Shown piece after piece: positions 1-12,053 of a stretch of 64,000 nt of DNA. The DNA lies in contig JAAWON010000001.1 in NCBI GenBank assembly GCA_022799495.1, forward strand, positions 39,684-103,683, written 5' to 3'. The stretch comes from Erysipelotrichaceae bacterium (GTDB taxonomy: Bacteria; Bacillota_I; Bacilli_A; Erysipelotrichales; Erysipelotrichaceae). Numbering within the stretch: the first letter of the stretch is position 1; the number at the start of each line of letters is the position of its first letter. The notes below the pieces were generated by a model. That model was not told the DNA's origin and searched no databases. It worked only from the letters and a program-made list of their open reading frames with translations. The translations under genes and the position numbers were made by a program.

Positions 1-37
1 TATAGGTTGCATTTAGTGTCGTCAATAAAACCTTCAA
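1..37 (-). CDS. N-terminus of a probable B12-binding radical SAM protein (runs off left edge)
   Basis: TTG start after AGAGGG RBS; translates MKVLLTTLNATY, resembling the MKILLTTLNAKYIH N-terminus of this family; only 12 codons visible. Confidence 0.55.
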   Translation of the reverse strand, partial: MKVLLTTLNATY

Positions 38-365
38 GTAGATCCCTCTTTTTTTCTTTCTTATTATACTAGGAAAAGCGACACAAAACAAATAAAACCT
101 GTTTTTTTCATGGTTTACACAAGGACAAAAACTGCGTAAAGCCAAAACACTGTATCGTATGCTTTTTTTACATAACACCTATCCTTGTCTATCCCTTATC
201 TACAACATATTTCAAAGTCATTTTTGTAATATTACCATTGAAAGGAAATTTGTAAATTTGCAGAAATGCTCACCTAAAAAAAAGACAAATATTGACAATT
301 TTTATCAATAGACAAAATCCGTCATATTTTGCATAATATACCCATAACAGAAATGAGGGCCTTCT

Positions 366-1346
366 ATGAACCAAACTGACTTTCTCTCCCAATACGCTAC
401 AAGCACAATGAAGCGAAGCGAGATGCTTACGTTGCGCGCTCTTTGTGCCCAACTGCGTGAACAACTGATGAGCCGAACTTTGATGACCCCTTATTTAATG
501 ATGATGGAGGAGGGACACCAGTGCTTCCCTATCTATTTAGACGCGTTGGATAATGGCTTGGAACTGATGTTGTTTCAAGATACAGAGGCTTATGAGCGAG
601 CCATTTTATATTCCAGTCATGATGATCCTGATCTGTTATTTACAGATGCTTGTACCATTGATTTTCTGTTTGAGGATATAAAAGAAAGTGAACTGCCTTT
701 ATTTGATCGTCATAACCTGTGCTATCAGTTACACCCGGGCAAACTTCCCGATGGTTCCTTTCATCAAGGGTTTCTCATTTCCATCTTAACGAAGTTAACT
801 GCATTTCTTGATATTCATCACAAATTACCGATACTTGCGCCTAATGAGCAATTAACCATACAAGGGGAACAATTCGCGATTATGCCTTATAACCGCTCAC
901 AGGCTATAACGAAGAATACTTCCTTGATGCAAAGTGAGCATCTGAGCAGTTATCCGCACACCAATGAGCATATTTATTTGATGCTTCAAGTTCAGGAGGA
1001 TGCACAGAGCCCTCAGGCTTACCGTGCGGTACTGCACGCCTGCAATAACCACTTTCAACAGAGTTTTCCACTTTCCTTGCAATCACTTCAAGCATTAACA
1101 GAGGATATTCAATCTTTTCTCATCCAATTATGCAAGCAACGAGGATTAATGGAACGATTGCACTTATATTCATACAATCTATACCATATCATTCATCCGA
1201 TATGTGATCGATTGGGCATCCACTGTACCTTACCCTTCAATCAAACGATTCATATGCGTTTATCGAATACTCCAGATAGGATCGCGAAAGAATTGTTCTC
1301 CTGCCATGAAGTATCTTGTGAATCAGAAAAAGCATTACGCTCCTGA
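366..1346 (+). CDS. hypothetical protein (326 aa)
   Basis: Long ORF with GAGG RBS and downstream hairpin; no motif recognised. Confidence 0.7.
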   Translation: MNQTDFLSQYATSTMKRSEMLTLRALCAQLREQLMSRTLMTPYLMMMEEGHQCFPIYLDALDNGLELMLFQDTEAYERAILYSSHDDPDLLFTDACTIDFLFEDIKESELPLFDRHNLCYQLHPGKLPDGSFHQGFLISILTKLTAFLDIHHKLPILAPNEQLTIQGEQFAIMPYNRSQAITKNTSLMQSEHLSSYPHTNEHIYLMLQVQEDAQSPQAYRAVLHACNNHFQQSFPLSLQSLQALTEDIQSFLIQLCKQRGLMERLHLYSYNLYHIIHPICDRLGIHCTLPFNQTIHMRLSNTPDRIAKELFSCHEVSCESEKALRS

Positions 1347-1368
1347 TTTGCTATTCATATTAACGACA

Positions 1369-1417
1369 TAAAATGCTGTACATAAATGCATTCTTTGCAT
1401 CTTTGTACAGCATTTTT
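1369..1417. terminator. bidirectional intrinsic terminator
   Basis: aaaatgctgtaca...tgtacagcatttt inverted repeat between convergent genes. Confidence 0.7.
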
Positions 1418-1423
1418 GCTCAC

Positions 1424-1924
1424 TTATTTTGCTTGTGCGTGATAAATCGCCAAATGATAATCAATCAAATCTTTTAACAACTTGATAGAGGCATTCATTT
1501 GTTCCTCATTCATTGTTGTAACGATTTCAAAATTCCGTTTGATCATTTCTTTGGACAAATCGTATTCCTTGCTTAAATAATCCGCCCACTGATCCGCATC
1601 TTCTACCTGTCGCTTTGCTAAAATTCCCTCAGAGATAATCACACAATGATATTCTCCATCATTCACCGGCACAGCCCATTTAATCAGTCCGGCATGACAA
1701 GAATAGATACATTCCTTTTGCGCACCTCTTGCGGCTTCAAAATATTCACCGGTACATTCTTCACATTTCTTTAACGCTTGTGAGCTTACCTTTAAGCATT
1801 TACAGAAATAATTCCGCTCAGAGGCACTTTGAATTTCACCGCTTTCCGTAATCAAGTAACTGCGCAGACCGGTTAGTGCGCGATAATCCTCCATCGTTTG
1901 TTTTAACGCTTCTTGAATTGTCAT
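1424..1924 (-). CDS. stand-alone PocR ligand-binding (sensory) domain protein
   Basis: FC..L..S...KKC..C and IYSCHAGLIKWAVPV motifs typical of PocR; no output domain. Confidence 0.8.
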   Translation of the reverse strand: MTIQEALKQTMEDYRALTGLRSYLITESGEIQSASERNYFCKCLKVSSQALKKCEECTGEYFEAARGAQKECIYSCHAGLIKWAVPVNDGEYHCVIISEGILAKRQVEDADQWADYLSKEYDLSKEMIKRNFEIVTTMNEEQMNASIKLLKDLIDYHLAIYHAQAK

Positions 1925-2089
1925 TATAATCACCTTTCTTAATAAGAATATATCATAATTTCATATGGATTTCCAGTAAAAGATAGCGTTTTCATTATTT
2001 TTCTAAAAGAAGTAGATCACCGCCAACATGGGACAGAAAGCGATATATCTTTACCAAAACAAATAGCGATGCACAAAGATAAGGGTTCT

Positions 2090-2479
2090 TTATTTTCCAT
2101 TGCCTTTTGCGCATGCGTGTAATAAGCCTAACAAGCAGAAAAACCCCAACAACGGTAAATAGAAATCAAATAATCCATAGCGCAAAATTCCGGGCAACGC
2201 AAGCGTGCTGCCAAACACAAAAGTGTCGATACAAATGATTCCATAGCCACTCATAATGAAAACAGAACTTACCACAAGTGGTTGAATTGGATGGCGCTCT
2301 TTATGAGAAAATTGTATCCACAATGCTTGACCAAAGCCAAAAGCACTGAGTGAAGATAAGATATATTTCAGTGATAATAAAGACGTCGAAACATCCATGA
2401 TATGACAAAACAACGCCCCTAACATGCAAAAAATCCACCATTTATCCTTCATACCATTTCCTGCCTTATCTTTTTTCAT
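2090..2479 (-). CDS. hypothetical membrane protein (about 4 TM)
   Basis: Four hydrophobic segments; start may be 2452. Confidence 0.6.
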   Translation of the reverse strand: MKKDKAGNGMKDKWWIFCMLGALFCHIMDVSTSLLSLKYILSSLSAFGFGQALWIQFSHKERHPIQPLVVSSVFIMSGYGIICIDTFVFGSTLALPGILRYGLFDFYLPLLGFFCLLGLLHACAKGNGK

Positions 2480-2574
2480 TATAACAAATTCATCGTTGAT
2501 TTACCATTCCGCCCTTGTATCTAATGGTCGATTATATTATCATTATAACAGAAACAGCAAAAGGAGTGTTACAA

Positions 2575-2916
2575 ATGATTCTTAAAGAACGCACAGTAGA
2601 ACAGTATACAGAGCGCTCTGGTGGGAAAGGCACCATGCAGATTGAGCGCTTACTCAGCGCGCAACAGTTGGGAGAGCATGTTAAAATGTTTGCCAAAGTC
2701 ACCATTGATATCAATTCCTCGATTGGGATCCATCCCCATCGTGAGGATGGTGAATGCTATTATATTTTACAAGGAACGGCCAAATACAGCGATCATGGTA
2801 AGGAAAGCATTCTTCATCCCGGTGATTGTACCTTTACCCCGGCCGGTGAAAGTCATGGAATTGAAAATATCGGTGATGAGCCTTTGATCCTAATGGCGTT
2901 GATTATCAATGCTTGA
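2575..2916 (+). CDS. cupin domain protein
   Basis: IGIHPH...ECYYILQG and LHPGD...P.GESHGIEN cupin motifs; AAGGAG RBS. Confidence 0.88.
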   Translation: MILKERTVEQYTERSGGKGTMQIERLLSAQQLGEHVKMFAKVTIDINSSIGIHPHREDGECYYILQGTAKYSDHGKESILHPGDCTFTPAGESHGIENIGDEPLILMALIINA

Positions 2917-2984
2917 GATACTATCGGCGCTTATTTGGTAATAAACAAGACGTTGTTTTTCAAAGTATTACATTCCATCCATAT

Positions 2985-3028
2985 AAAAACTGCATATAAG
3001 AAGAATTGCTTCAACATGCAGTTTTTTT
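2985..3028. terminator. intrinsic terminator between cupin gene and ilvD
   Basis: aaaaactgcat...atgcagttttttt. Confidence 0.65.
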
Positions 3029-3059
3029 ATGTATTTGTGTATAACAGAAATGACGAACG

Positions 3060-4724
3060 CTATTTCAATACCGCACCTTGGCTACCGGAAGTCACCAAAC
3101 GCGCATAACGTGCCAGCCATCCCTCATTCACTTTTGGTTCCGGCTTCTGCCAGTTCGCTTTGCGTTGCGCCAGCGTATCCTCATCCACCAATAGCGTGAT
3201 GGTACCTTCGGGAATATTGATATCAATGAGATCACCTTCCGCTACTAGGGAAATCAAACCACCGGCTGCGGCCTCCGGGGACACATGCCCAATCGCCGCT
3301 CCTCTGGTCGCACCGGAGAAACGCCCATCGGTAATGAGTGCAACATCCTGATCCAGTTTCATACCGGCCAAAGCAGAAGTCGGATTTAGCATCTCACGCA
3401 TACCGGGACCACCTTTGGGACCTTCATAGCGAATCACAACGACATCCCCTTTGCGGATATCACCGGCATAAATCGCCGCAATCGCATCTTCCTCACAATC
3501 AAAGACACGCGCCCTTCCTTGATGCTTTAACATCTTTTCCGCTACGGCAGAGCGTTTCACTACGCACCCCTCACTGGCTAGATTTCCAAACAGAATGGCA
3601 ATTCCGCCGGTTGAAGAATTAGGATGCTCAATATCCTTGATAATCTCATGATTCCTATTTTGTGCTTGCGCAATATTCTCAGCCACACTGTGCATCGTTA
3701 CCGTTTGACAAGTTGTATCAAGCAGTGACTTCTTCGCAAGTTCCTTCATGACTGCGCCAACACCGCCAGCTCGATGCAAATCAATGATATGATCGGGACC
3801 GGCCGGTGCCAAGCGGCATAAATTCGGCGTGCGTGCACTAATTTCATTGATCTTATGCAGATCCAATTCCACCTTAGCCTCATGTGCGATTGCCAATAGA
3901 TGCAGCACCGAGTTGGAGGAACAGCCCAAAGCCATATCGCAGGCCAACGCATTTTCAATCGCCTGCGCAGTGACGATATCGCGTGGACGAACATTGTGTT
4001 CCACCAGTTCCATGATTTTCATACCACTGTGTTTAGCCAATAGGATACGCTCATTGTAAACAGCCGGAATGGTACCATTACCCGGCAGGGCCATCCCGAT
4101 TGCCTCACACAGACAATTCATACTATTCGCGGTAAACATACCGGAACAACTACCACAACCAGGACAAGCGTTCTGCTCAACATAAGTGAGTTCCGCTTCA
4201 TCAATTAGGCCTGCTTTCTTCGCTCCGACCGCTTCAAACATCGTCGATAAACTCATCGCCTTGCCATGGCGATCCCCCGGTAGCATCGCACCACCGCTCA
4301 TCACGATTGCGGGCAGATTGATGCGCAATGCCCCCATTAACATGCCGGGTACGATTTTATCACAGTTTGGCACTAACACCACACCATCAAAGGCATGTGC
4401 CATTACCATAGTCTCCACACTGTCCGCAATTAACTCACGCGATGCCAGCGAATATTTCATACCGATATGCCCCATCGCAATGCCATCACAAACACCGATA
4501 GCCGGAACCATGATCGGAGTGCCACCGGCCATCCGGATACCCGCTTTGACTGCCTCACAGATCTTATCCAAATGCGCATGTCCGGGTACGATTTCCGAAT
4601 AAGCACTGACAACGGCAATCAATGGCCGCTCCATTTCTTCTTTGGTGAGTCCTAGGGCATAAAACAACGATCGCTGCGGTGCACAGGCATCTCCTTTTAA
4701 AACTTTATCACTCGCTCTTGCCAT
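3060..4724 (-). CDS. ilvD: dihydroxy-acid dehydratase
   Basis: [40 protein letters not shown] motifs. Confidence 0.97.
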   Translation of the reverse strand: MARASDKVLKGDACAPQRSLFYALGLTKEEMERPLIAVVSAYSEIVPGHAHLDKICEAVKAGIRMAGGTPIMVPAIGVCDGIAMGHIGMKYSLASRELIADSVETMVMAHAFDGVVLVPNCDKIVPGMLMGALRINLPAIVMSGGAMLPGDRHGKAMSLSTMFEAVGAKKAGLIDEAELTYVEQNACPGCGSCSGMFTANSMNCLCEAIGMALPGNGTIPAVYNERILLAKHSGMKIMELVEHNVRPRDIVTAQAIENALACDMALGCSSNSVLHLLAIAHEAKVELDLHKINEISARTPNLCRLAPAGPDHIIDLHRAGGVGAVMKELAKKSLLDTTCQTVTMHSVAENIAQAQNRNHEIIKDIEHPNSSTGGIAILFGNLASEGCVVKRSAVAEKMLKHQGRARVFDCEEDAIAAIYAGDIRKGDVVVIRYEGPKGGPGMREMLNPTSALAGMKLDQDVALITDGRFSGATRGAAIGHVSPEAAAGGLISLVAEGDLIDINIPEGTITLLVDEDTLAQRKANWQKPEPKVNEGWLARYARLVTSGSQGAVLK

Positions 4725-4736
4725 TGTGCTCACTCC

Positions 4737-6258
<1,522 letters not shown>

Positions 6259-6262
<4 letters not shown>

Positions 6263-7941
6263 GATGACACCTCCCGATTTCCATATAGAATCTCATCTGC
6301 CCCCTTGCCGGGTGGAATAATCGGATAAACACAATCATCGGGATCAATGATGCAGTCAATGATGCATGGTCGTTTTGTGGCAATCGCCGTTTTTAATATG
6401 GGCATAATATCTTTTCGATAAGCAATGCGATACCCATTTGCGCCAAATGCCTCCGCCAGTTTCACAAAGTCGGTTTGGCGTTGAATGGAGGTTTGCGAAT
6501 AGCGCTTATGGTAGAATAACGTCTGCCATTGACGCACCATACCCAATACAGAATTATTAAAGACGAGTACAATAATTGGCAGTTGTTGCGAAACAGCACA
6601 TGCCATTTCATTCATATTCATATGAAAACTGCCATCGCCGCTGATCAAAACAACTGGTCGATTTGGATGCGCCGTTTTTACACCGATGGCCGCCCCCATT
6701 CCATACCCCATGGTACCTAAGCCGCAGGAACTGATGAAACTGCGTGGTTTGGCATATGGATAATACTGTGCCGCAATCATCTGATGCTGGCCCACATCGG
6801 TGACAATGATCGCATCATCACCGAGGATCTCATGTAAGGTAACCATAAAATCACGTGGATCAACGCGTTCTCCCGCTGCCGCTTGCGGCAACGCAACCTT
6901 TGTTTTAAAATCGCGCAGCGTATGACACCATTCACTGTGCGTATAAGTACCGGCATCATCCAATAAGCGCTGTAAGATTTGCTTGGCATCACCGATCAAT
7001 GCAATATCACAATTGACGTTTTTGGAAATCTCCGATGCGTCAATATCAATGTGAATAATCTGTGAGTGTTTGCCGAATGCATCACGCTTGCCGGCCACCC
7101 GATCCGAGAAGCGCGCTCCCAACGCAATGATCAGATCCGCATTCAAAGTCGCATAGTTTGCGACCGGTGTGCCATGCATACCAATCATGCCAAGATAATC
7201 TTCATAATCATACGGAACACAGGAAAGTCCCATGGCCGAGCAACAGATCGGCGTCTGCGTCTGTTTTGAAAAAGCGAGCAGTTCCCCACAGGCATTTGCG
7301 GCTAAAACACCGCCACCGGCATAAATCAAGGGACGCTGCGCTTTGCGTATCGCTGCCAATGCCTGCTTCATATTGGATTCCTGATACTGCGGCAATGGGC
7401 GCTTTTCAAACTTAGGCAATGGTTCATACTCACACACTGCCGCGCTCACATCTTTTGGAATATCAATCAATACGGGACCGGGCCGATGAGAATTGGCAAT
7501 TTCAAATGCCAAACGTACCGTCTGAGCCAATTCCTTAACATCGTGAACAATAAAATTATGCTTGGTTACCGGCATGGTGATGCCCGCAATATCCACCTCT
7601 TGAAAGGAATCCCTGCCAATCAGATCACTTGCGACATTTCCCGTAATAGCAACCATTGGCACGCTGTCCATATAAGCTGTCGCAATGCCCGTCACCAAAT
7701 TCGTCGCACCGGGACCACTGGTTGCCAGACAAACTCCGGTCTTTCCGGTACTGCGGGCATAACCATCTGCCGCATGTGCCGCTCCTTGTTCATGTGAGGT
7801 CAACACATGGTGAATCTCATCTTGCTTATCATACAGGGCATCGTAAATATTCAATACGCTGCCCCCCGGATAACCGAAAATTGTATCCGTTCCCTGATCA
7901 ATCAATGCTTGAATCAGAATTTGCGCTCCATTTAACATCAT
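6259..7941 (-). CDS. ilvB: acetolactate synthase large subunit
   Basis: FGYPGG, HEQGAAHAADGYAR, TSGPGATN, TPP-binding GDGSF. Confidence 0.97.
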
Positions 7942-7965
7942 CTTGATGTACACCTCATTTCTTCC

Positions 7966-9168
7966 CTATTCCCGTTCACTTTGATAACCCGCTTCATTCA
8001 ATTTGCGAATCAACTCATCGCCATGCGCTTTTGAGTGAACCTCAACGCCCATGTGAATGATCGTCTCCTTCAAGCCCAAATCAGCTTGAAATCGATCATA
8101 TTGAACCTCAATGATATTGGCATTCTGTTTCCGTACAATGGTGCAAAATTGTTCTAAAGCACCGGGGACATCCTGCATCAGCGTTTTAAAGCGCATATTA
8201 CGACCACGACTCAATAGTCCTTTTTCCACAACCTTATGAATAAAGGATACATCAATATTGCCACCGGAAAGAATACAAACAACACGCTTGCCCGCACAAT
8301 CCAACTTATGATTGAGCAATGCGGCTAAAGGAGCAGCACCGCTTGGCTCTACCACTTGTTTTTCACGTTCCAACAAAAGCAGTATCGCATCTGCGATTTC
8401 ATCATCACTGACCGTTACCATCGCATCCACATAGCGATTGATCAATTCAATGGTACGCTGACCGGGGTTGGCAACCGCAATACCGTCTGCGATGGTATTT
8501 ACCCCATCACTCACACAATGACGTTTTTGCGCAAATGAGGATACGATCGCACTGGCTCCTTGCGCCTGCACACCGACCACCTGAATCCGGGGATTGATCG
8601 CCTTCACATAAGTCGCAATCCCACTCAACAAGCCACCGCCTCCTGCCGGTACCACAATTATATCCACATTGGGCAGATCATGCAGGATTTCATAAGCGAT
8701 CGTACCCTGTCCCACAATGACATCTTCATCATCAAAAGGATGGATAAAAACCGCACCGCTTTCCTTCTGCATCCTTACCGCATGTTCATATGCCTCGTCA
8801 TAACAATCACCCACCAGTTCCACCTTCGCCCCATATCCACTCGTTGCCTGTACCTTGGCGATCGGTGTGCTTTTGGGCATCACAATCGTCGCATGAAGTC
8901 CCAAACACCGGCTCGCATAAGCCACTCCCTGCGCATGATTACCGGCACTGGAGGCGATTACTTCCTTTACGCCTTGATGCTCCTTCAACTTCATCAGTTT
9001 ATGGTAAGCACCACGCACTTTAAATGAGCCTGTCTTTTGGCGATTCTCACACTTCAAATAAAGATCACATCCGCTCATGCGCGAAAACGTATCTGATTTA
9101 CTAAGCCGTATTTTATGTATCACCGAAGACAACTGCTGCGCTGCCTGCTCAATCTCCTTATGATCCAT
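7966..9168 (-). CDS. ilvA: threonine ammonia-lyase with C-terminal ACT domain
   Basis: KTGSFKVRGA PLP lysine, SAGNHAQG, GGGGL, SGGN. Confidence 0.95.
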   Translation of the reverse strand: MDHKEIEQAAQQLSSVIHKIRLSKSDTFSRMSGCDLYLKCENRQKTGSFKVRGAYHKLMKLKEHQGVKEVIASSAGNHAQGVAYASRCLGLHATIVMPKSTPIAKVQATSGYGAKVELVGDCYDEAYEHAVRMQKESGAVFIHPFDDEDVIVGQGTIAYEILHDLPNVDIIVVPAGGGGLLSGIATYVKAINPRIQVVGVQAQGASAIVSSFAQKRHCVSDGVNTIADGIAVANPGQRTIELINRYVDAMVTVSDDEIADAILLLLEREKQVVEPSGAAPLAALLNHKLDCAGKRVVCILSGGNIDVSFIHKVVEKGLLSRGRNMRFKTLMQDVPGALEQFCTIVRKQNANIIEVQYDRFQADLGLKETIIHMGVEVHSKAHGDELIRKLNEAGYQSERE

Positions 9169-9180
9169 AACACCCTCCTA

Positions 9181-9208
9181 AAATAAAAGCAGCCATTTCT
9201 TTGGCTGC
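9181..9208 (-). terminator. attenuator terminator of the ilv leader
   Basis: minus strand gcagcca-aagaaa-tggctgc followed by ttttattt, just before the ilvA RBS. Confidence 0.8.
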
Positions 9209-9238
9209 GCTTCTTTTCCTATCCCAGACAACCTCAAA

Positions 9239-9325
9239 TCATCTGAGTGCTTTATGAGAAAGAAACGCAGATTGTTTGAGCATAATAATCACGACCACTA
9301 ATATCACACAAGGATTGCTTATCAT
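9239..9325 (-). CDS. ilv operon leader peptide MISNPCVILVVVIIMLKQSAFLSHKALR (28 aa)
   Basis: AAAGGA RBS; 9 of 10 consecutive codons are Ile/Leu/Val; overlaps an antiterminator arm. Confidence 0.8.
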   Translation of the reverse strand: MISNPCVILVVVIIMLKQSAFLSHKALR

Positions 9326-9357
9326 GATGCTCACGTCCTTTCTCAACTGCTGGTATT

Positions 9358-9386
9358 ACAATAAACCTTTTTTAATGTAATGTCAA
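9358..9386 (-). promoter_or_regulatory. sigma-A promoter of the ilv leader
   Basis: TTGACA-17 nt-TATTGT on minus strand. Confidence 0.5.
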
Positions 9387-9567
9387 CTGTTTCATGAAAA
9401 TTTATGTAATTTTTAAGCACCAAATGAAAAGTTATCATTTCATTGCTTACCGATAAAAGAAGCGCTTTATTCATTATTTGAAAAGTATATTATTTGCTTG
9501 CGATACAAGCAAAGATGTTTCATTCAAGCATGAATCATCCATCCATGAATATGAAAAAAACAGACCG

Positions 9568-9723
9568 TTAGTCTGTCTTTTTCTGATGGTTTGGCACGAC
9601 TCGCTGTTTGGTCATTCGCTCAATCAATGAGCGTTCCATGCCAAGTTCCTGCAAAACCGCAGCGATGATGCCTTGTTCCTGAGCCATACGATCACCTGAT
9701 ATCAGTATGGTATGCATACTCAT
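9568..9723 (-). CDS. small hypothetical protein (51 aa), below the ORF-track cutoff
   Basis: MSMHTILISGDRMAQEQGIIAAVLQELGMERSLIERMTKQRVVPNHQKKTD; starts 3 nt after the TSCPD stop; a terminator hairpin overlaps its stop. Confidence 0.55.
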   Translation of the reverse strand: MSMHTILISGDRMAQEQGIIAAVLQELGMERSLIERMTKQRVVPNHQKKTD

Positions 9724-9726
9724 TTC

Positions 9727-9984
9727 TTATACGTGTTGACTTTGATACTGTTTCAGTGCCGCAGCGATTTGATCAGGACAAGAAGTTGTCTTGAAGCCAC
9801 AGCGTACTCCTTCAAATGCTTCCAATACCTCCGCAATCGTCTTATTGCGTAAAATGCGACAGATTCCCTGCAAATTACCATTACAACCGCCTACAATTGT
9901 TACATTGCGAATGATATCGCCTTCCATTTCAAACTCCATATGAGAACTGCATACTCCTTTGGGCTGATAAACAAATGTTTCCAT
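9727..9984 (-). CDS. TIGR03905-type TSCPD domain protein
   Basis: PKGVCS, GGCNGNLQG, CG.KTTSCPDQ. Confidence 0.92.
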   Translation of the reverse strand: METFVYQPKGVCSSHMEFEMEGDIIRNVTIVGGCNGNLQGICRILRNKTIAEVLEAFEGVRCGFKTTSCPDQIAAALKQYQSQHV

Positions 9985-9993
9985 ATAATCCCC

Positions 9994-10497
9994 TTACCTT
10001 TCTGTTTGGATTCGTTTCAATACCTGCATAGCGAGCATCCCGGTGAATAATCCGGTCGGAATGCTTAGCAACAATAAGATTGGCAACAATGCGCCCATTA
10101 AAAACTGATGATATAGAATACTTACAGCACATACCTGTCCAATGACATGACAAGCACTGGAAGCACAACTGACACCATACATGCTCATTGGCGAATATTT
10201 ACGGGCAAGAATTGCCGCAATGCTCGAAAGCAGAACGCCGCTGAATGACAGCCAGAATCCGGGCGCAAACAACATACCGCGCAATAAGGATGCCATCCAT
10301 ACCCGCATGATATTTACCCCAAGCATGATCTTCGCATCATAAGAATACAAAGCAATCAGACCGACAATATTAGCCAAGCCCAGTTTAAAACCGGGTATCA
10401 TGATTGGAATGGGAATCATGGATTCAATGAGGTGAAAAAGGATACTAATCGCAATCAGCATCGTGATATGGGTAAGACGTTTCGTTTGATTCATCAT
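9994..10497 (-). CDS. Gx transporter family / heptaprenyl diphosphate synthase component I-like membrane protein (EetB-like)
   Basis: E..IP.P...PGFKLGLANI, GVS..S...H..GQ motifs. Confidence 0.88.
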   Translation of the reverse strand: MMNQTKRLTHITMLIAISILFHLIESMIPIPIMIPGFKLGLANIVGLIALYSYDAKIMLGVNIMRVWMASLLRGMLFAPGFWLSFSGVLLSSIAAILARKYSPMSMYGVSCASSACHVIGQVCAVSILYHQFLMGALLPILLLLSIPTGLFTGMLAMQVLKRIQTER

Positions 10498-10880
10498 TGA
10501 ATCACCGTATCCACGCCGTTATCCGTAGGTTCACTTGCTTCAATTTGAACAATCATCTCATTGGGCAGACAAATGATCGCCCTGCCGCTATCCCTTACCC
10601 ATCCTTGAATGGAGCACAGATGATACGGCGAAGTTTCCTTCTCCACACGAACGGCCTCATCTTTGACTTCAACCGTTACTTCACCAAGAGTTCCCTGTAA
10701 ACGATACGTCGCATCTTTGCGCAAATCCTCGCGCAGTACCTCCTCATTACGGTACTGTACGACTACCTCCTTTTGCTTGTCCTTATTCTGCCAGTCCTGT
10801 ATCAGCAACGGGATGTAACTGAGTAGTGACAAAACGATCAAAAAAACAATGAACAGTTTATCTGCACGATTCAACAACAC
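10494..10880 (-). CDS. NusG domain II (DUF1312) protein (EetA-like)
   Basis: N-terminal TM, LCSIQGWV...G.AIICLPN motif; coupled to the Gx gene. Confidence 0.88.
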   Translation of the reverse strand: MLLNRADKLFIVFLIVLSLLSYIPLLIQDWQNKDKQKEVVVQYRNEEVLREDLRKDATYRLQGTLGEVTVEVKDEAVRVEKETSPYHLCSIQGWVRDSGRAIICLPNEMIVQIEASEPTDNGVDTVIQ

Positions 10881-11063
10881 CCCTCCGATCCTGCCTCTTT
10901 ATTATACGAGGATTCCCACCAAAAGGCAATGCAGGAACAGCAAAAAGCAGATACCATGTTTTTACTTAGGTGGAAGTAGGCAAAGGTTTGGTAATGAAAT
11001 GCAAGTAAGAGGTGTGCCAAAGTGCTTACAAAAAAGATGCGGTAATAAGCAGCATCTTTTCAT

Positions 11064-11480
11064 CTATTGTTTTGTTTCATTTTGATCCAGTGCATTCTGG
11101 ATGGCTTTTAGATACGATTCAATACTAATCGTACAACCGACACGGATATCTTCATTCTCCCCTTTACCCTCTTCATTTACTTGGATATCCTGAATACCAT
11201 GTTTGATAATGTAGTTTTCTAAAAAGGCTACTTGTTCATTCCAGTTTTTCCCAATACTGCTGGCTGGGGTCATATCATATGCATCTCCCATTGCTTTTTT
11301 GGATTTGCCATTTGTGGTTTCATCCAACTCCAAGGCAGTGATTTCATCCCCTTTCAGTGTTACTTTCGCAGTGGTGATTTCACCCTTTGCGCTTGTATAA
11401 GTACCTGTATATTCCTCACTTGATGTTGAAGAACAACCCCATAATAAGAATGCACATAAGATAAGTGTGATTATTTTCAT
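11064..11480 (-). CDS. FMN-binding domain lipoprotein, paralog 2
   Basis: Lipobox LWGC; SK..MG..Y.M...S..GK.W.EQ motif; DIRVGCT flavinylation-like motif. Confidence 0.8.
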   Translation of the reverse strand: MKIITLILCAFLLWGCSSTSSEEYTGTYTSAKGEITTAKVTLKGDEITALELDETTNGKSKKAMGDAYDMTPASSIGKNWNEQVAFLENYIIKHGIQDIQVNEEGKGENEDIRVGCTISIESYLKAIQNALDQNETKQ

Positions 11481-11499
11481 AATGATTCCTCCATAGCCA

Positions 11500-11528
11500 T
11501 AGTATGGGAAGAATCCCTTTGTTTAAAC
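11500..11528 (-). promoter_or_regulatory. putative forespore sigma-G/sigma-F promoter
   Basis: GTTTA-17 nt-CATACTA upstream of the GGAGG RBS. Confidence 0.5.
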
Positions 11529-11565
11529 AAAAAAAGATCAAGCGTTCGCCTGATCCCTTTCTGTT

Positions 11566-12039
11566 TTATTTTGCGTTGTCTTTCGCAGCCTTCATAGCTT
11601 CTACATAAGGCTTGATGTTCATCGTGCAGCCAGTCAAGATATCTTCATTGGTCGGCTTGCCTTCTTCATCCATCGTAATTCCATCCAAACCATTTTCTTT
11701 TACATAGTTCTCAAGGAATTCTGCCTGCTCCCACCATTCCTTGCCGATAGCACTTGCGCTTTTCATCGCATAGTCATCTTTCAAGGTCTTTTTGGTAGTA
11801 GCCTCACCATCTTTGGTGTAAGTCTCATCGAAGGAAACCTCCGTGATCTTACCGTCTGCATCCACAGTAACCTTTGCAGTAGTTACCAATGTTTCGCCGT
11901 GGCTTTCGCTATTTGCAGTACCTTCACCGGTCTTGACAGCAGTGTCCTTATTGTTATCTTTGTTGTCATCTGCACTGTCGTTACCGCCGCATCCTGCTAA
12001 TAAGCATGCAACAGCCAATAAACAAGCTAATTTTTTCAT
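11566..12039 (-). CDS. FMN-binding domain lipoprotein, paralog 1 (PplA-like)
   Basis: Lipobox LAGC; KK.LKDDYAMK.AS.IGKEWWEQ; DILTGCT motif resembling D-x-x-[ST]-G-A-[ST]. Confidence 0.85.
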   Translation of the reverse strand: MKKLACLLAVACLLAGCGGNDSADDNKDNNKDTAVKTGEGTANSESHGETLVTTAKVTVDADGKITEVSFDETYTKDGEATTKKTLKDDYAMKSASAIGKEWWEQAEFLENYVKENGLDGITMDEEGKPTNEDILTGCTMNIKPYVEAMKAAKDNAK

Positions 12040-12053
12040 TGCTCATTACCTCC

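Noticed and set aside
9170-9400. T-box or CodY box upstream of ilvA
   Set aside because: No GGTGGNACC T-box core; the CodY-like tttcatgaaaatt needs a gap to fit the consensus.
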